A stretch of 64,000 nt of DNA, from assembly GCA_965219415.1 (NCBI GenBank), contig OZ244742.1:1600001-1664000 (forward strand). The letters run 5' to 3'. Below are positions 11,108 to 21,196 of this stretch, piece after piece (within the stretch, counting starts at the first letter, position 1; each line of letters opens with the position of its first letter). The notes under the pieces are model-generated. The model ran no database searches and was not told the origin of the DNA. It worked only from the letters and a program-made list of their open reading frames with translations. Source of the stretch: Candidatus Marinacidobacterales bacterium (lineage in GTDB: Bacteria > Acidobacteriota > Vicinamibacteria > Marinacidobacterales > DATDRI01). The translations under genes and the position numbers were made by a program.

Positions 11108-11944
11108 CTATTGCTCTCGAATTTTCTTCAGGCGATCCAAAATTCGACGATTCTCCGGGAAATCGACCAGCAAGGCCTCGAGCGTCTCTTGTGCTGCGTC
11201 TTTTTCACTGGCCGCTTGTAAAGCATCTGCTAGGAGTAGTCCTGAGCGGTAAACAAGGCGTCGATTGTCCTCGGAGATCGTAATTCCGTCGAGCGCCGCA
11301 AGAGCCGCGGTTGCATCCCCGCGATCTTCCAGCAAGGACTCCGCCGCCATGAGTTGCACGGAAGCACTCTCTGGAAAGCGTCGGGCCATCTGTTCGAAGA
11401 GTCTCGCCGATTCCTCCGAACGCCCTTGTCTCCTTTCGAGCTGCGCTTGATGATAGATTCCCGCGAGCAAGAGCCGGCCAACATCCTCGGGGTCCCCGGA
11501 GCGAACACCTACTCCACCAGCGTATGAGTACACCAGCTCTCCCCCATGCTCGCTCGCTTCGTAGAGACAAAAGAGTCCGCCGAGGCCGACCAGCGCGCTC
11601 GCGATGTGAAGTGGTCGCGAGCGTCCTCGTTTCTTCAAAACCAGAGCCAGAAGCTCGAGCGCCACCACGAGAAGGAAAACGTTTCGGGTTCGTTCTCCCC
11701 ACTCCTCGTGCTCCTTGACCATATCCCTCGATCCCGGCACGCGCTCCGCCGGTCCGTGGGCATCGTCACCCGATTTAACCGCGACGACGGCCGCTCCGGT
11801 GCCCAGCAACAGCAGGGTCAGTGCGGCAGGGCCGGTGAACGCCACGCGCCCGGTCAAGGAAATCAACCTGAAGAGGATCCCGACCACCAAGAGAGCGATC
11901 GCGAAATGGACTACCGCTGGGTGGTAGTAAGCGAGAGACGGCAC
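11108..11944 (-). CDS. DUF2231-like membrane domain plus TPR-like C-terminus
   Basis: HPAVVHFAIAL, HEEWG, HGGELVYSYAGGVG; helical repeats in the C-terminal half. Confidence 0.75.
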   Translation of the reverse strand: MPSLAYYHPAVVHFAIALLVVGILFRLISLTGRVAFTGPAALTLLLLGTGAAVVAVKSGDDAHGPAERVPGSRDMVKEHEEWGERTRNVFLLVVALELLALVLKKRGRSRPLHIASALVGLGGLFCLYEASEHGGELVYSYAGGVGVRSGDPEDVGRLLLAGIYHQAQLERRQGRSEESARLFEQMARRFPESASVQLMAAESLLEDRGDATAALAALDGITISEDNRRLVYRSGLLLADALQAASEKDAAQETLEALLVDFPENRRILDRLKKIREQ

Positions 11945-11948
11945 GACG

Positions 11949-12416
11949 CTAGTCGCCCAGCTGAGCGTGGAGAAGCGAGAACATCTCTCCCACTTTTTTT
12001 CGAACCTGAGGATTAGCCCTGGCCAGGTCGGTAACGATCTCGTCCCGCCGTGCCGAGATGCTTTTGAGGGCCTGCAGCTTGCTCTCGGAAAGCGACGGAC
12101 TCTTTTCCAAATAACTCGTCAAGCCGTCGAAAAATGGAGTCACCTTGTCCGCGGCTATCCCGAAGTTGTTGTCGTTGACATCGATGAAAATCTCCCCGAG
12201 TCTTCCCAAGAGGTCCGCCATTCCAAGGACTAGCTGCGCTTGCTGGAGAGCCGCCTGGGTTTTTTGAGTCTCGGCCTCGGCAGCACCCACCGATGCCTCC
12301 AAAACGCTCATGGCCTGGCGGGCAGGAAGATGGGCGGTCGGATAGCCGGCACCGAATGCGACCACAATGGCAACCAAGCCGATTATGGTCCACTTGCCGC
12401 TCGACATACTTGACAT
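11949..12416 (-). CDS. Hypothetical single-TM coiled-coil protein
   Basis: GGAGG RBS upstream of ATG 12416; N-terminal TM, helical body with NNFGIA. Confidence 0.65.
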   Translation of the reverse strand: MSSMSSGKWTIIGLVAIVVAFGAGYPTAHLPARQAMSVLEASVGAAEAETQKTQAALQQAQLVLGMADLLGRLGEIFIDVNDNNFGIAADKVTPFFDGLTSYLEKSPSLSESKLQALKSISARRDEIVTDLARANPQVRKKVGEMFSLLHAQLGD

Positions 12417-12523
12417 TGGGGGACACCTCCTCGTTCGACGGCGAAGAACAGACGTTCTCGAAGCCGGCATCATAACATGCGGTAAAGCCTTTGCTATAAT
12501 CCCCTTTCGTCGGAGGTACAATC

Positions 12524-13132
12524 TTGGCTTTCGGTTCTCATTTCAAGCGTAGCTTGTTCGCCGGTCTGGTGGTCGTCGTGCCGCTCCTGGTTACCGGTTT
12601 CGTTCTGGTCTGGCTTGCCCGGCTCATCGAAGGCTTGATGGCTCCGGTATTGTCGTGGGCTCTCGGTAGATCCGTTCCGGGGCTCGGCTTCGTCGCCGCG
12701 CTGACGGTGGTCATCGTCGTGGGCATCGTCGCGACGACCGTGGTGGGTGGCAAGATCCTGGCGCGGGGTGAAGACTTGCTGACTCGGATTCCTCTTTTCA
12801 AAGACATCTACGTGCCAGTCAAGCAACTGATCGGTGCCTTTTCCCCGGCGAACGAATCCGGCTTCAAAAAAGTCGTACTGGTTCCCCACGCGCAGGGAGG
12901 TAGCCTCCGATTAGGCTTTCTCACCCGCGAGTTCGAGATGAATGATGCGGACGGCCGAGCCGTGAGCTGGGCGGCGGTCTACCTTCCGACCAACCACCTG
13001 TACCTGGGCGACGTCTACTGTTTTCCGAGAGAGTCTCTGGTGGACCCGGCGCTAACGGTCGAAGAAGGGGTGCGAATCGTCCTCACGGGGGGGACGTCCT
13101 TCCCGCCTAAGGTAAGACTCGAACCGGAGTAG
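12524..13132 (+). CDS. DUF502 membrane protein
   Basis: AGLVVVVPL, RIPLFKDIY..VKQL, FKKVVLV, GFLT, VYLPT, LTVEEGVRIVLTGG. Confidence 0.88.
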   Translation: MAFGSHFKRSLFAGLVVVVPLLVTGFVLVWLARLIEGLMAPVLSWALGRSVPGLGFVAALTVVIVVGIVATTVVGGKILARGEDLLTRIPLFKDIYVPVKQLIGAFSPANESGFKKVVLVPHAQGGSLRLGFLTREFEMNDADGRAVSWAAVYLPTNHLYLGDVYCFPRESLVDPALTVEEGVRIVLTGGTSFPPKVRLEPE

Positions 13133-13982
13133 GTGTAACGCGCTTGCGGCGCGAGGTCGTCGGGCGAAACAAAATAAAAGTAAGGTCATCGGCCTTCGAA
13201 GGGGCTCTGCCGCTATCTTCCCTCATACGCGAACGCCCGCGCTCCGCCAGCCATGTTCATGGCCTTGGCCAGTGATCCTTTCCTTATATAGTCGACGATC
13301 TCTTCGTTCTTCAGGTTATCGACCAGCCCATCGCTGGCGATCAGCAGAGTGTCTCGAGCCGCAGCTCGAGCGCAGAGCCGACGTCGATTCGCATGTCGTC
13401 GACCCCCACCACGTTGGAAACGATGTGACGATCCTCATGCTGCAGGGCCTCCTTTTCGTCGAGGAAACCTCCCTCGAGACCGTATCCCACCGGCGAGTGG
13501 GAAATGCTCTGCAACTTGATCTTCCCTTGCTGTCCAACTGCAAGAATCGGTGAGTCACCTACGTGATAGGGCCGGATCTTCCTACCCTGAACCTCCACCA
13601 CCGCTAACGTCGTCCCGGCACCCACTCCGAGGCCTAACACGGCGCGGTTGGCCGCTTCGAACCCATCCAGAATGGCGCCTCTCAAGTTTCCCTTGTTTCC
13701 GAGACCGTTCTCGAACACATTTTTCAGGGCCCTCACCGCGAGGTTCGACGCTTCCATCCCGGCGCGAGCCCCTCCTAGGCCATCGGCGACCGCGAGTACG
13801 CAAGCCTCGTCACCACACGGAATGAGCACCGCAGCGTCCTCATTCGGCGTTTCCTTTCCCGGACAACGCGAGGGATAGACCGCGGCCACGCCCGACCCAA
13901 TCCCCAGCAACAGACCCTCGTTCATGTCCTCGTCGACGACGACTCTGGTGCGTAGCTCCGAGAGGAGCCCGTTTACTTCCAT
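13107..13982 (-). pseudogene. PP2C-family Ser/Thr phosphatase with two frameshifts
   Basis: NEDA, AVADGLGG, GTTL, HVGDS in 13341-13982; DTLLIASDGLVDNL and KADDLTFILF continue in other frames to a TAG at 13107. Confidence 0.85.
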
Positions 13983-14713
13983 TGCATCATCTCGAGGTGC
14001 TGTCGGAGGTGCGAGGTGGTCGGGAAGCGGTCGAGGATCAGCGAGCGTTTCAGCCCGCAGCAGATGTCTTTGATTTCACCAGGCTGATTCTTGTAGCGTG
14101 CCGACCCCCCGGTCGCGTCATAGAAGATACGAACTAGGTTACAGATGTCGTCTTGGATGTTTTCCCTCTTGGGCGCCGTCCAATGGAACATGTCCAGCAG
14201 TTTCAAGTCGAAACGCAGTCCGTAGCGGCTGACGATGATGTTCTCATCGTGGAGATCCCCGTGGTACTCGCGGAGGCTATGCACGGCCTCGATTCCCACT
14301 ACCAAAGAGTGAAGGAGGTGCACTGCCTGAAAGGGGCTGATGCGTTTACCCGGTTGCTGCTTAAGGAACTCACTGAGAAGGATTCCTTCCACGTACTCGG
14401 ACACGAGAACGGTAATCGCGGCGCCACGGAATTGAATCGTCTCCTCGGTGTTGTACTGAATGACGATTGGGCAGTGGCGGAGCTTGTGAAGCTTCCGAGC
14501 GTAAAAGCTCGAGGTCTTGTTACGAACGTTCCGCTGCGGGAAAAATAGCTTGGCGGCACGTTCGATACCGGTGTTTTTCTCTCGAATCTTATAGACTTCG
14601 CCTTCCCATCCGGCTCCGAGCAACGAAATGACTTCGTACTTGCGCGCGATGACGCGTCCCGGCGACAAGTCGAATGAGTCTACCTTCGCCTCTTGCTTCC
14701 CGTTCTTTGGCAC
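13973..14713 (-). CDS. Stand-alone small Hanks-type protein kinase-like protein
   Basis: LGAGWEGEVY Gly loop, AAK, VSEYVEG, HGDLHDEN, DMF in place of DFG; 246 aa; overlaps the PP2C start. Confidence 0.85.
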   Translation of the reverse strand: MPKNGKQEAKVDSFDLSPGRVIARKYEVISLLGAGWEGEVYKIREKNTGIERAAKLFFPQRNVRNKTSSFYARKLHKLRHCPIVIQYNTEETIQFRGAAITVLVSEYVEGILLSEFLKQQPGKRISPFQAVHLLHSLVVGIEAVHSLREYHGDLHDENIIVSRYGLRFDLKLLDMFHWTAPKRENIQDDICNLVRIFYDATGGSARYKNQPGEIKDICCGLKRSLILDRFPTTSHLRQHLEMMQWK

Positions 14714-14998
14714 TCTTCGGTCGATTCTTGTGTGTTTGAGGGTTGTTGTACCCCACTGCGCGCTTCACTGAATAGACGTTCCGCCAGCGTTTAATCTTCA
14801 ACTAGTCGTCGAACCTGCCCCTCCTGCCCGAGCTGTCCAGCCTATTCCAGGCGTTGGTTCCCGCGTCTTGACACACGGCGGGGATCGAGACACAATCTCC
14901 CGTCGTCTATCCTCTCCTACGTTTTCGAGGCGCGGTTGTGACCCCGCTGACAGCCTGACAAACTGAAAAGGCCGCGGTCCCTACCGAAAAAGGACGCA

Positions 14999-17134
14999 GT
15001 GAAAGCCAAGTTCACCAACAAGGAAATCAGCTGGCTGTCGTTCAACGCCAGAGTGCTCCAAGAAGCGGCTGACCCGAGCGTCCCACTCCTCGAGCGCCTG
15101 AAGTTTCTTGGGATATTCTCGTCGAATATGGACGAGTTTTTTCGCGTTCGGGTGGCAACGCTTCGTCGCCTTTCCAACATCGGCAAGAAAGCCAAGAAGG
15201 TGGTGGGCCAGGATCCGAAGAAAATCCTCAAGAAGATCGGAGAAATATCGGTCGCCCAGTACAAGCTGTTCGATTCTGTCTACGAGGAGATCCTAAGAGG
15301 GCTGGCAAAGGACAGGATCTTCATCATTGACGAGAAACAACTCACCGCCGAGCAGGGTGAGTTCGTCAAGTCGTATTTTCGGCGCAAGGTTCGTCCCAAG
15401 CTCATGCCGATCATGTTGGACCAAACGTCAACCTTCCCCCGTTTGCGCGACGACGCCATCTATCTCGCGATTTCCTTCCCCAAGGATCAAAAGAGCTCGA
15501 AGAACCGATACGCCCTGATTGAGGTTCCCAGCAATGGCGTTTCACGATTCCTGCTGCTTCCGCCGATCGATGGAGCCCAATATATCGTTTTACTCGATGA
15601 CATCGTCCGCTATTGTCTCCCGGATATCTTCTCCTTGTTCTCCTTGTCCGATATTTCAACCCTTGAGGCCTACACGGTCAAGGTAACTCGCGACGCAGAG
15701 CTCGACATCGACAACGATCTCACGGAAAGCTACGTGAGGAAGGTTTCCAAAGGCGTCAAGCAAAGAAAGAAGGGCAATCCGGTTCGGTTCGTCTACGATG
15801 CGAACATCTCCGAACCACTACTAGAATTCTTGACCAAGAAACTTCGGCTAACCAAGGAGGACACCCGAATACCCGGCTCGAAATATCACAACTTCAAAGA
15901 TTTCGTTGCCTTTCCGAAGGTCGGCCCCAGTAGTTTGCGGTACGGGCCCAAAACGCCGGTTCCGGTGAAACGCCTCGAGCCGGCCAAAGGTGTCCTCGCC
16001 GCTGTGGCCAAGAACGATATTCTGCTCCACTGCGCGTACCAGTCGTTCGACCACGTCCTGGCCTTGCTGAGAGAAGCCGCCATCGACCGGAATGTGACCT
16101 CCATCAAAATCTCACTCTACCGTATCGCGCGGGACTCCGGTGTGGTAAGCGCCCTGATCAACGCCGTTCGCAACGGTAAGCAGGTCACCGCAGTCGTAGA
16201 GCTTCAGGCTCGGTTCGACGAAGAGGCCAACATCCTCCTCTCCACCAAATTTCAGGAAGAGGGAGTGCGTGTCATTTACGGTGTACCCGGACTGAAGGTT
16301 CACGGAAAGCTGTGCCTCATCACGAGGAAACAGCGGCGTCGAGAAGTTTTATCCGCGTGCCTCGGCACGGGAAATTTCAACGAAGATACCAGTACCATCT
16401 ACAGCGATCACTGCTTGCTCACCTCCGACGAGCGATTGACCCACGAGGTCGCATCGGTGTTCGACTTCTTCGAGAACAAGTACCGGTTCGGCAATTACAA
16501 GCACCTACTGGTGTCCCCTTTCAACGCACGTAAAAGGTTTGCCAAACTAATACGAACCGAGATCCGAAATGCTCGCAAGGATAAAAAATCGTACATCATT
16601 GCGAAATTGAACAACCTGGCCGATCCGGACATGATGCGGCTGCTCTACCAGGCCAGCAACGCCGGCGTCAAGGTGCAATTGAACATCAGGGGCATGTTCT
16701 CGCTGGTACCCGGACTGCCCGGACTCAGTGAGAATATCGAAGCGATAGGCATTGTCGATCGATTCTTAGAACACTCTCGCATGATGGTGTTCTCTAACGG
16801 TGGCGCCCCGAAGTACTTCTTATCCTCCACCGATTGGATGACGAGAAACCTGGACGGGCGCGTCGAAGTGACGTTTCCTATCTACGATGCTTCTCTTCAA
16901 GAAGAGATTCGATCTTTTCTCCAAATTCAATGGCAGGACAACGTCAAGGCTAGGCTTCTCGACGAGAAGCTAGGGAACACCTACCGTGAGGCCACCTCAC
17001 CAGAGAGAGTCCGCGCCCAAGACGACATCTATGACCTATTAATGAACTTGCACAGCGGAGAGGAAGGAAAGCCCAGTCAACCTAGCCGACCCAGCAAGGT
17101 CGCCCAGTTCCCCCGAACAGCATCATCCTCTTGA
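14999..17134 (+). CDS. ppk1: Polyphosphate kinase 1
   Basis: NKEISWLSFNARVL, SSNMDEFFRVRVA, ELQARFDEEAN, LKVHGK, GTGNFN, RFLEHSR, DWMTRNLDGRVE. Confidence 0.97.
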   Translation: MKAKFTNKEISWLSFNARVLQEAADPSVPLLERLKFLGIFSSNMDEFFRVRVATLRRLSNIGKKAKKVVGQDPKKILKKIGEISVAQYKLFDSVYEEILRGLAKDRIFIIDEKQLTAEQGEFVKSYFRRKVRPKLMPIMLDQTSTFPRLRDDAIYLAISFPKDQKSSKNRYALIEVPSNGVSRFLLLPPIDGAQYIVLLDDIVRYCLPDIFSLFSLSDISTLEAYTVKVTRDAELDIDNDLTESYVRKVSKGVKQRKKGNPVRFVYDANISEPLLEFLTKKLRLTKEDTRIPGSKYHNFKDFVAFPKVGPSSLRYGPKTPVPVKRLEPAKGVLAAVAKNDILLHCAYQSFDHVLALLREAAIDRNVTSIKISLYRIARDSGVVSALINAVRNGKQVTAVVELQARFDEEANILLSTKFQEEGVRVIYGVPGLKVHGKLCLITRKQRRREVLSACLGTGNFNEDTSTIYSDHCLLTSDERLTHEVASVFDFFENKYRFGNYKHLLVSPFNARKRFAKLIRTEIRNARKDKKSYIIAKLNNLADPDMMRLLYQASNAGVKVQLNIRGMFSLVPGLPGLSENIEAIGIVDRFLEHSRMMVFSNGGAPKYFLSSTDWMTRNLDGRVEVTFPIYDASLQEEIRSFLQIQWQDNVKARLLDEKLGNTYREATSPERVRAQDDIYDLLMNLHSGEEGKPSQPSRPSKVAQFPRTASSS

Positions 17135-17147
17135 GTGAGCAACGTTA

Positions 17148-18782
17148 GTGACGAAGCTCCCGCCCGAGCTCTTGGATCGGCAACCCGAGGAAGTGTCTCG
17201 CGTTCTCGCCCTATCCTTGGTCGAGGAGGCCGCCACTGCCCTGGAGCGGATGGGAAACCCCGAAGATGACGAGGCCCTGCACGATTTCCGCGTCGGGCTG
17301 CGTAGACTTCGGAGTGCTATTCGGGCTTACCGCCTATACCTGAAGGATAGCGTTCCCGCGAAAACACGGAAGGCACTCCAGTCTCTCGCTGCATCCACCA
17401 ACAGCGCACGCGACACAGAGGTTCAACTAGCCTGGATCCAGGCCCAGGGGCCACGATTAAACGAGACGGAGAAGATCGGAGTTCGCTGGCTGGCCGAGAA
17501 ACTGGAGGCGACCGGTGAGGACCCTCGCGACGACCGGCTACGGAGCCTTTCACAAAGTTTCAACCTGATTCGGAAAGTCCTGACCAAAAGACTTTCTTTT
17601 TGGAAAGTTCGTCTCGACGTCGCCGACCAGGACAAGAATCCGTCGTTCCGGAAAGTGACAGGCACCATCTTACTGCAGCAACTTGCGACCCTGGTTGCCC
17701 AGCTCGACGCCATCCACGCACCCGAGGACGACACTCAGGCTCATTCGGCCAGAATCAGTGCTAAACGACTTCGCTACCTGTTGGAACCACTGAGCGGAGC
17801 CGTTCCAGGGACGAAGGCCGTAGTGAAACAGTTCAAGCGGCTGCAAGACCTACTGGGCGACCTGCACGACAGCAATCTCATGGTCGCAGAGATCGGTTCT
17901 GCGATGGAGGCCTCGGCCATCGAACGGGCTCGCCGTCTGCACGAGCTCGCCTTTCGGCACGAAGAACAGGTCAATCCGGTAGGCCCGGACGAAAACCCCG
18001 GGTTACTCGCCCTGGCGAGATTGCTAAAGGAGAGACGCCAAGCGCTCTTCACGCGAGTCAAAACCGAATGGCAAGGCGCCCGACTCGCGAAGTTTCGCGC
18101 CAAGCTCGAGGAGCTCGGAGACCAAATGAGCTCGTTCGGAGATGATCGGCGCGCCATCCGCCGTTACGTTCTCCACCGAGCGCCAGACGAGATGAGACGC
18201 TACCCCAGCACGTTGATCCAGGAGGGGTGGCTTCCAGGCGCTAACATCGAAGAGTTTCTGAGAAGGGTGCGCACCAGTGAAGGCGTTCGCTACTTCCGCA
18301 TCATTCCCGAGAATACAGAAACCAGGGGAACCGCTCGGGAAGAATCCATATCCCGGCGGATCTTCGAGAGTTTTTGGCCGTTGACTGCGAAGCGACGGAT
18401 AAGAAAGCGGCGCTACGAGGTTTCGGACGGTTCCCGAACGTGGCACGTCGACGTCTTCGCGGGTATCGGGCTAGTGCTTGCAGAGACTAACGCGCTCCCC
18501 GATGAGCCCCCTGAAGAAGAGCTACATCTGCCCGACTGGCTTGCCGGGTACGTGAAAAGAGAAGTCACCGGCGACAACAAGTACTTGCGCCCGTATGCGA
18601 TTCGCCAAAAGGGAGTACGGCGACGAAAGACTAGCCCGTTGAGCGCTCGGGCGAACTCGAGCCCAACCCGGCCCCCGAGGAGAAGGGCGGTCCGCGTTTT
18701 GGAGGAAAAGCCTCCTAGCAATGGGCGCGATAGAAGCCTTCCTCCTCAAGCCTCCCCGGACGTCGGCCCGGAAAAACAGTAG
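17148..18782 (+). CDS. CHAD domain fused to C-terminal CYTH-like domain and basic tail
   Basis: LHDFRVGLRRLRS, RDTEV, HSARISAKRLRYLLE, LQDLLGDLHD; then IRKRRY, WHVDVF, LVLAE, REVTGDNKY. Confidence 0.88.
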   Translation: MTKLPPELLDRQPEEVSRVLALSLVEEAATALERMGNPEDDEALHDFRVGLRRLRSAIRAYRLYLKDSVPAKTRKALQSLAASTNSARDTEVQLAWIQAQGPRLNETEKIGVRWLAEKLEATGEDPRDDRLRSLSQSFNLIRKVLTKRLSFWKVRLDVADQDKNPSFRKVTGTILLQQLATLVAQLDAIHAPEDDTQAHSARISAKRLRYLLEPLSGAVPGTKAVVKQFKRLQDLLGDLHDSNLMVAEIGSAMEASAIERARRLHELAFRHEEQVNPVGPDENPGLLALARLLKERRQALFTRVKTEWQGARLAKFRAKLEELGDQMSSFGDDRRAIRRYVLHRAPDEMRRYPSTLIQEGWLPGANIEEFLRRVRTSEGVRYFRIIPENTETRGTAREESISRRIFESFWPLTAKRRIRKRRYEVSDGSRTWHVDVFAGIGLVLAETNALPDEPPEEELHLPDWLAGYVKREVTGDNKYLRPYAIRQKGVRRRKTSPLSARANSSPTRPPRRRAVRVLEEKPPSNGRDRSLPPQASPDVGPEKQ

Positions 18783-18815
18783 TCAAGCAATACTCGAGGT
18801 CTCGTCGCAACGGCC

Positions 18816-19628
18816 TCAGACATCATCGGCGAGCGGCTCCTGGAAGATCTCCCGATCTTCCAAACGGACCGCGGTCAACGCTCCGCCCCACACGCAACCG
18901 GTATCGATCGCCATCAGACTACTGTCCAACCGTAAGCCCAATGCCGCCCAGTGTCCGCAGACGACGGTGCCCGATCGGCGAGATCCCGCAGGCAATTCGA
19001 ACCAAGGAACGCAGCCTGCGGGGGCCGCGCCGGGGGGACCGCTGAAGTCCATGCACATGCGCCCGCCCTTGGTGCAGGTTCGCATGCGGGTCAGGGCGTT
19101 GGTAATGACTCGGAGACGTGCCGGACCGGAAAGGCTCTCGTCCCACGAAAGAGAGTCTCTGCCTTCGAACATAGCCTTCAAAACGCCAACTCGGCCTTCG
19201 CTGCGGAGCGCGGCTTCTACTTCTCCTGCCAGCTTCCGCGCTTGGACCACGCTCCATGCCGGCAGCAGTCCCGCATGCACCAAAACGAACGACTCCTCCA
19301 CATGGATCAGGGGGCGACAGGCCAGCCAGTCCAACAGTTCCTCGCGATCAGACGCCGCCAGAATTTCGTCCAGTGTGTCGCGAGGCTTGGCTTTCCTCAC
19401 GCCGGCGGCGACGGCGAGGAGATTCAGATCGTGGTTACCCAAGACCGAGGTCAGCCGATCCCCAAACGAGTGGGCCCAACGCAGGACATCGAGCGAGCGG
19501 GGTCCTCGATTTACGAGGTCTCCAACCAACCAAACACGATCCTTCCCTGGGTCGAAGCCAACTCGCTCGAGCAGCCGGGTCAGGGTTTCGAAGCAGCCCT
19601 GTATGTCACCGATCGCGTACGTCGCCAT
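18816..19628 (-). CDS. apaH: Symmetrical bis(5'-nucleosyl)-tetraphosphatase
   Basis: MATYAIGDIQGC, GDLVNRGP, LGNHD, VHAG, TRMR, GHWAALG, DTGCVWGG. Confidence 0.95.
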   Translation of the reverse strand: MATYAIGDIQGCFETLTRLLERVGFDPGKDRVWLVGDLVNRGPRSLDVLRWAHSFGDRLTSVLGNHDLNLLAVAAGVRKAKPRDTLDEILAASDREELLDWLACRPLIHVEESFVLVHAGLLPAWSVVQARKLAGEVEAALRSEGRVGVLKAMFEGRDSLSWDESLSGPARLRVITNALTRMRTCTKGGRMCMDFSGPPGAAPAGCVPWFELPAGSRRSGTVVCGHWAALGLRLDSSLMAIDTGCVWGGALTAVRLEDREIFQEPLADDV

Positions 19629-19664
19629 TTGTCGCTACAATTCTAATCGAACGTCGAGCCGGCT

Positions 19665-21164
19665 ATGAGTGGCAAAGAGAAGTCCGACATGTACGGCGCC
19701 GTCGATTTGGGATCGAACAGCTTCCACATGTTCGTGGTCCGCGTCGCTCAGAACGACGTACACATCCTCGACCGGCTCCGGGAGAGAGTGCGGCTGGCGG
19801 CTGGCTTGGACTCGAACAATCATCTCACCGAGGACGCCGAGGCCCGTGCGCTCCTTTCGCTCGAGCGCATCGGGGAACGTCTTCGCGATCTTCCTCCTCA
19901 TCAAGTGCGCGCAGTGGGAACGAATACCCTACGTCGCGCCCACGACTCCGCAGCGTTCCTCCGCCGCGCCTCGAAAGCGCTGGGACACCGGATCGAGGTG
20001 ATATCCGGACTCGAAGAAGCGCGCCTCATCTATCTCGGCGTCTCACACACGCTGCCCGACTCCCCCCAGCGCCGATTGGTGATCGATATCGGTGGCGGCA
20101 GCACCGAGTGCATCGTGGGCGAACGCTTCGAGCCACTCGAGGTAGCGAGCCTATACATGGGCTGCGTTTCCTATAGCATGAAATTCTTTCCGCGCGGCGA
20201 GATAAATGAAAAGAACATGTTGCGAGCTGAGACCGCGGCACGTGTCGAGCTAGAAACCATTGAGCGGAAGCTGAGAGACCTCGGATGGGATATGGCCTTC
20301 GGATCTTCGGGCACTGTCTTCGCTATCGAGGAAATCCTTCGGCAAAACGAGTGGAGCGACCACGGCATTACTCGCAAGGGACTCCGGAAGCTTCGCAAGG
20401 CTTTGTACCGAGCAGGCAACACGGAAGAGTTGGCGCTTCCGGGTCTCAAAGCAGACCGCGCGCCGGTACTGCCCGGAGGGCTCGCCATTCTCAACGCGGT
20501 CTTCGACAGCCTCGAGATCGAACAGATGAGTCCGAGTACCGGTGCCTTGCGAGAGGGTATCCTCTACGATCTGCTTGGCCGTATCCGCCACGAAGACGTT
20601 CGTGACCGCACCATCCAGCGGCTCGCCGAACGCTACCACATCGACCGTGCGCAAGCCGCACGCGTCGAGCGCACTGCCCTCAACTGCTTGACTCAAGTAA
20701 CCGACGCATGGGAGCTAGGCGGCGAGGAGTTTCGCCAGGTCCTCGCGTGGACCACCAGGCTCCACGAAGTGGGGCTAACTGTGTCTTATAGCGGCTACCA
20801 AAAGCACGGCGCCTACTTGCTGGGGCATTCCAACCTACCGGGCTTCTCGAATGACGAACAGCAGCTCCTGGCATCCCTGGTAGGGAGTCATCGCCGTAAG
20901 TTATCTCGAGAGCCGTTCGAGGACCTCCGCTCTGTTTCTATCGATCAAGCGCTCCGACTCTGCGTCCTACTTCGACTCGCGGTCCTCGTTAACCGCGGCC
21001 GGAGTCCGCGTCCTATCCCCCGTTTCAAGCTGAAGCCGGAGAAGAACAAGCTCGCCATCACCTTTCCTGACGGCTGGCTCGAGGAGCATCCCCTAGCACA
21101 CGCGGACCTCGAAGAAGAGGCGTCCTTCTTGAAAAAAGTGAGTTTCCAACTCGTGGTAAGCTGA
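19665..21164 (+). CDS. ppx: Exopolyphosphatase Ppx/GppA family
   Basis: DLGSNSFH, GTNTLR, SGLEEARLIY, DIGGGSTE, GSSGT, GALREG, LHEVG. Confidence 0.95.
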   Translation: MSGKEKSDMYGAVDLGSNSFHMFVVRVAQNDVHILDRLRERVRLAAGLDSNNHLTEDAEARALLSLERIGERLRDLPPHQVRAVGTNTLRRAHDSAAFLRRASKALGHRIEVISGLEEARLIYLGVSHTLPDSPQRRLVIDIGGGSTECIVGERFEPLEVASLYMGCVSYSMKFFPRGEINEKNMLRAETAARVELETIERKLRDLGWDMAFGSSGTVFAIEEILRQNEWSDHGITRKGLRKLRKALYRAGNTEELALPGLKADRAPVLPGGLAILNAVFDSLEIEQMSPSTGALREGILYDLLGRIRHEDVRDRTIQRLAERYHIDRAQAARVERTALNCLTQVTDAWELGGEEFRQVLAWTTRLHEVGLTVSYSGYQKHGAYLLGHSNLPGFSNDEQQLLASLVGSHRRKLSREPFEDLRSVSIDQALRLCVLLRLAVLVNRGRSPRPIPRFKLKPEKNKLAITFPDGWLEEHPLAHADLEEEASFLKKVSFQLVVS

Positions 21165-21196
21165 ATCCCCGCTTCACGCCAAGGACGACCGCTTTC

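Noticed and set aside
18721-20176. Long alternative ORFs over apaH and ppx (also 59505-60839, 46955-47824, 22102-23094 as a fusion)
   Set aside because: Arg/Pro/Ser-rich shadow translations overlapping well-supported genes; the PPK2-BlaI 'fusion' results from the 8-bp duplication frameshift
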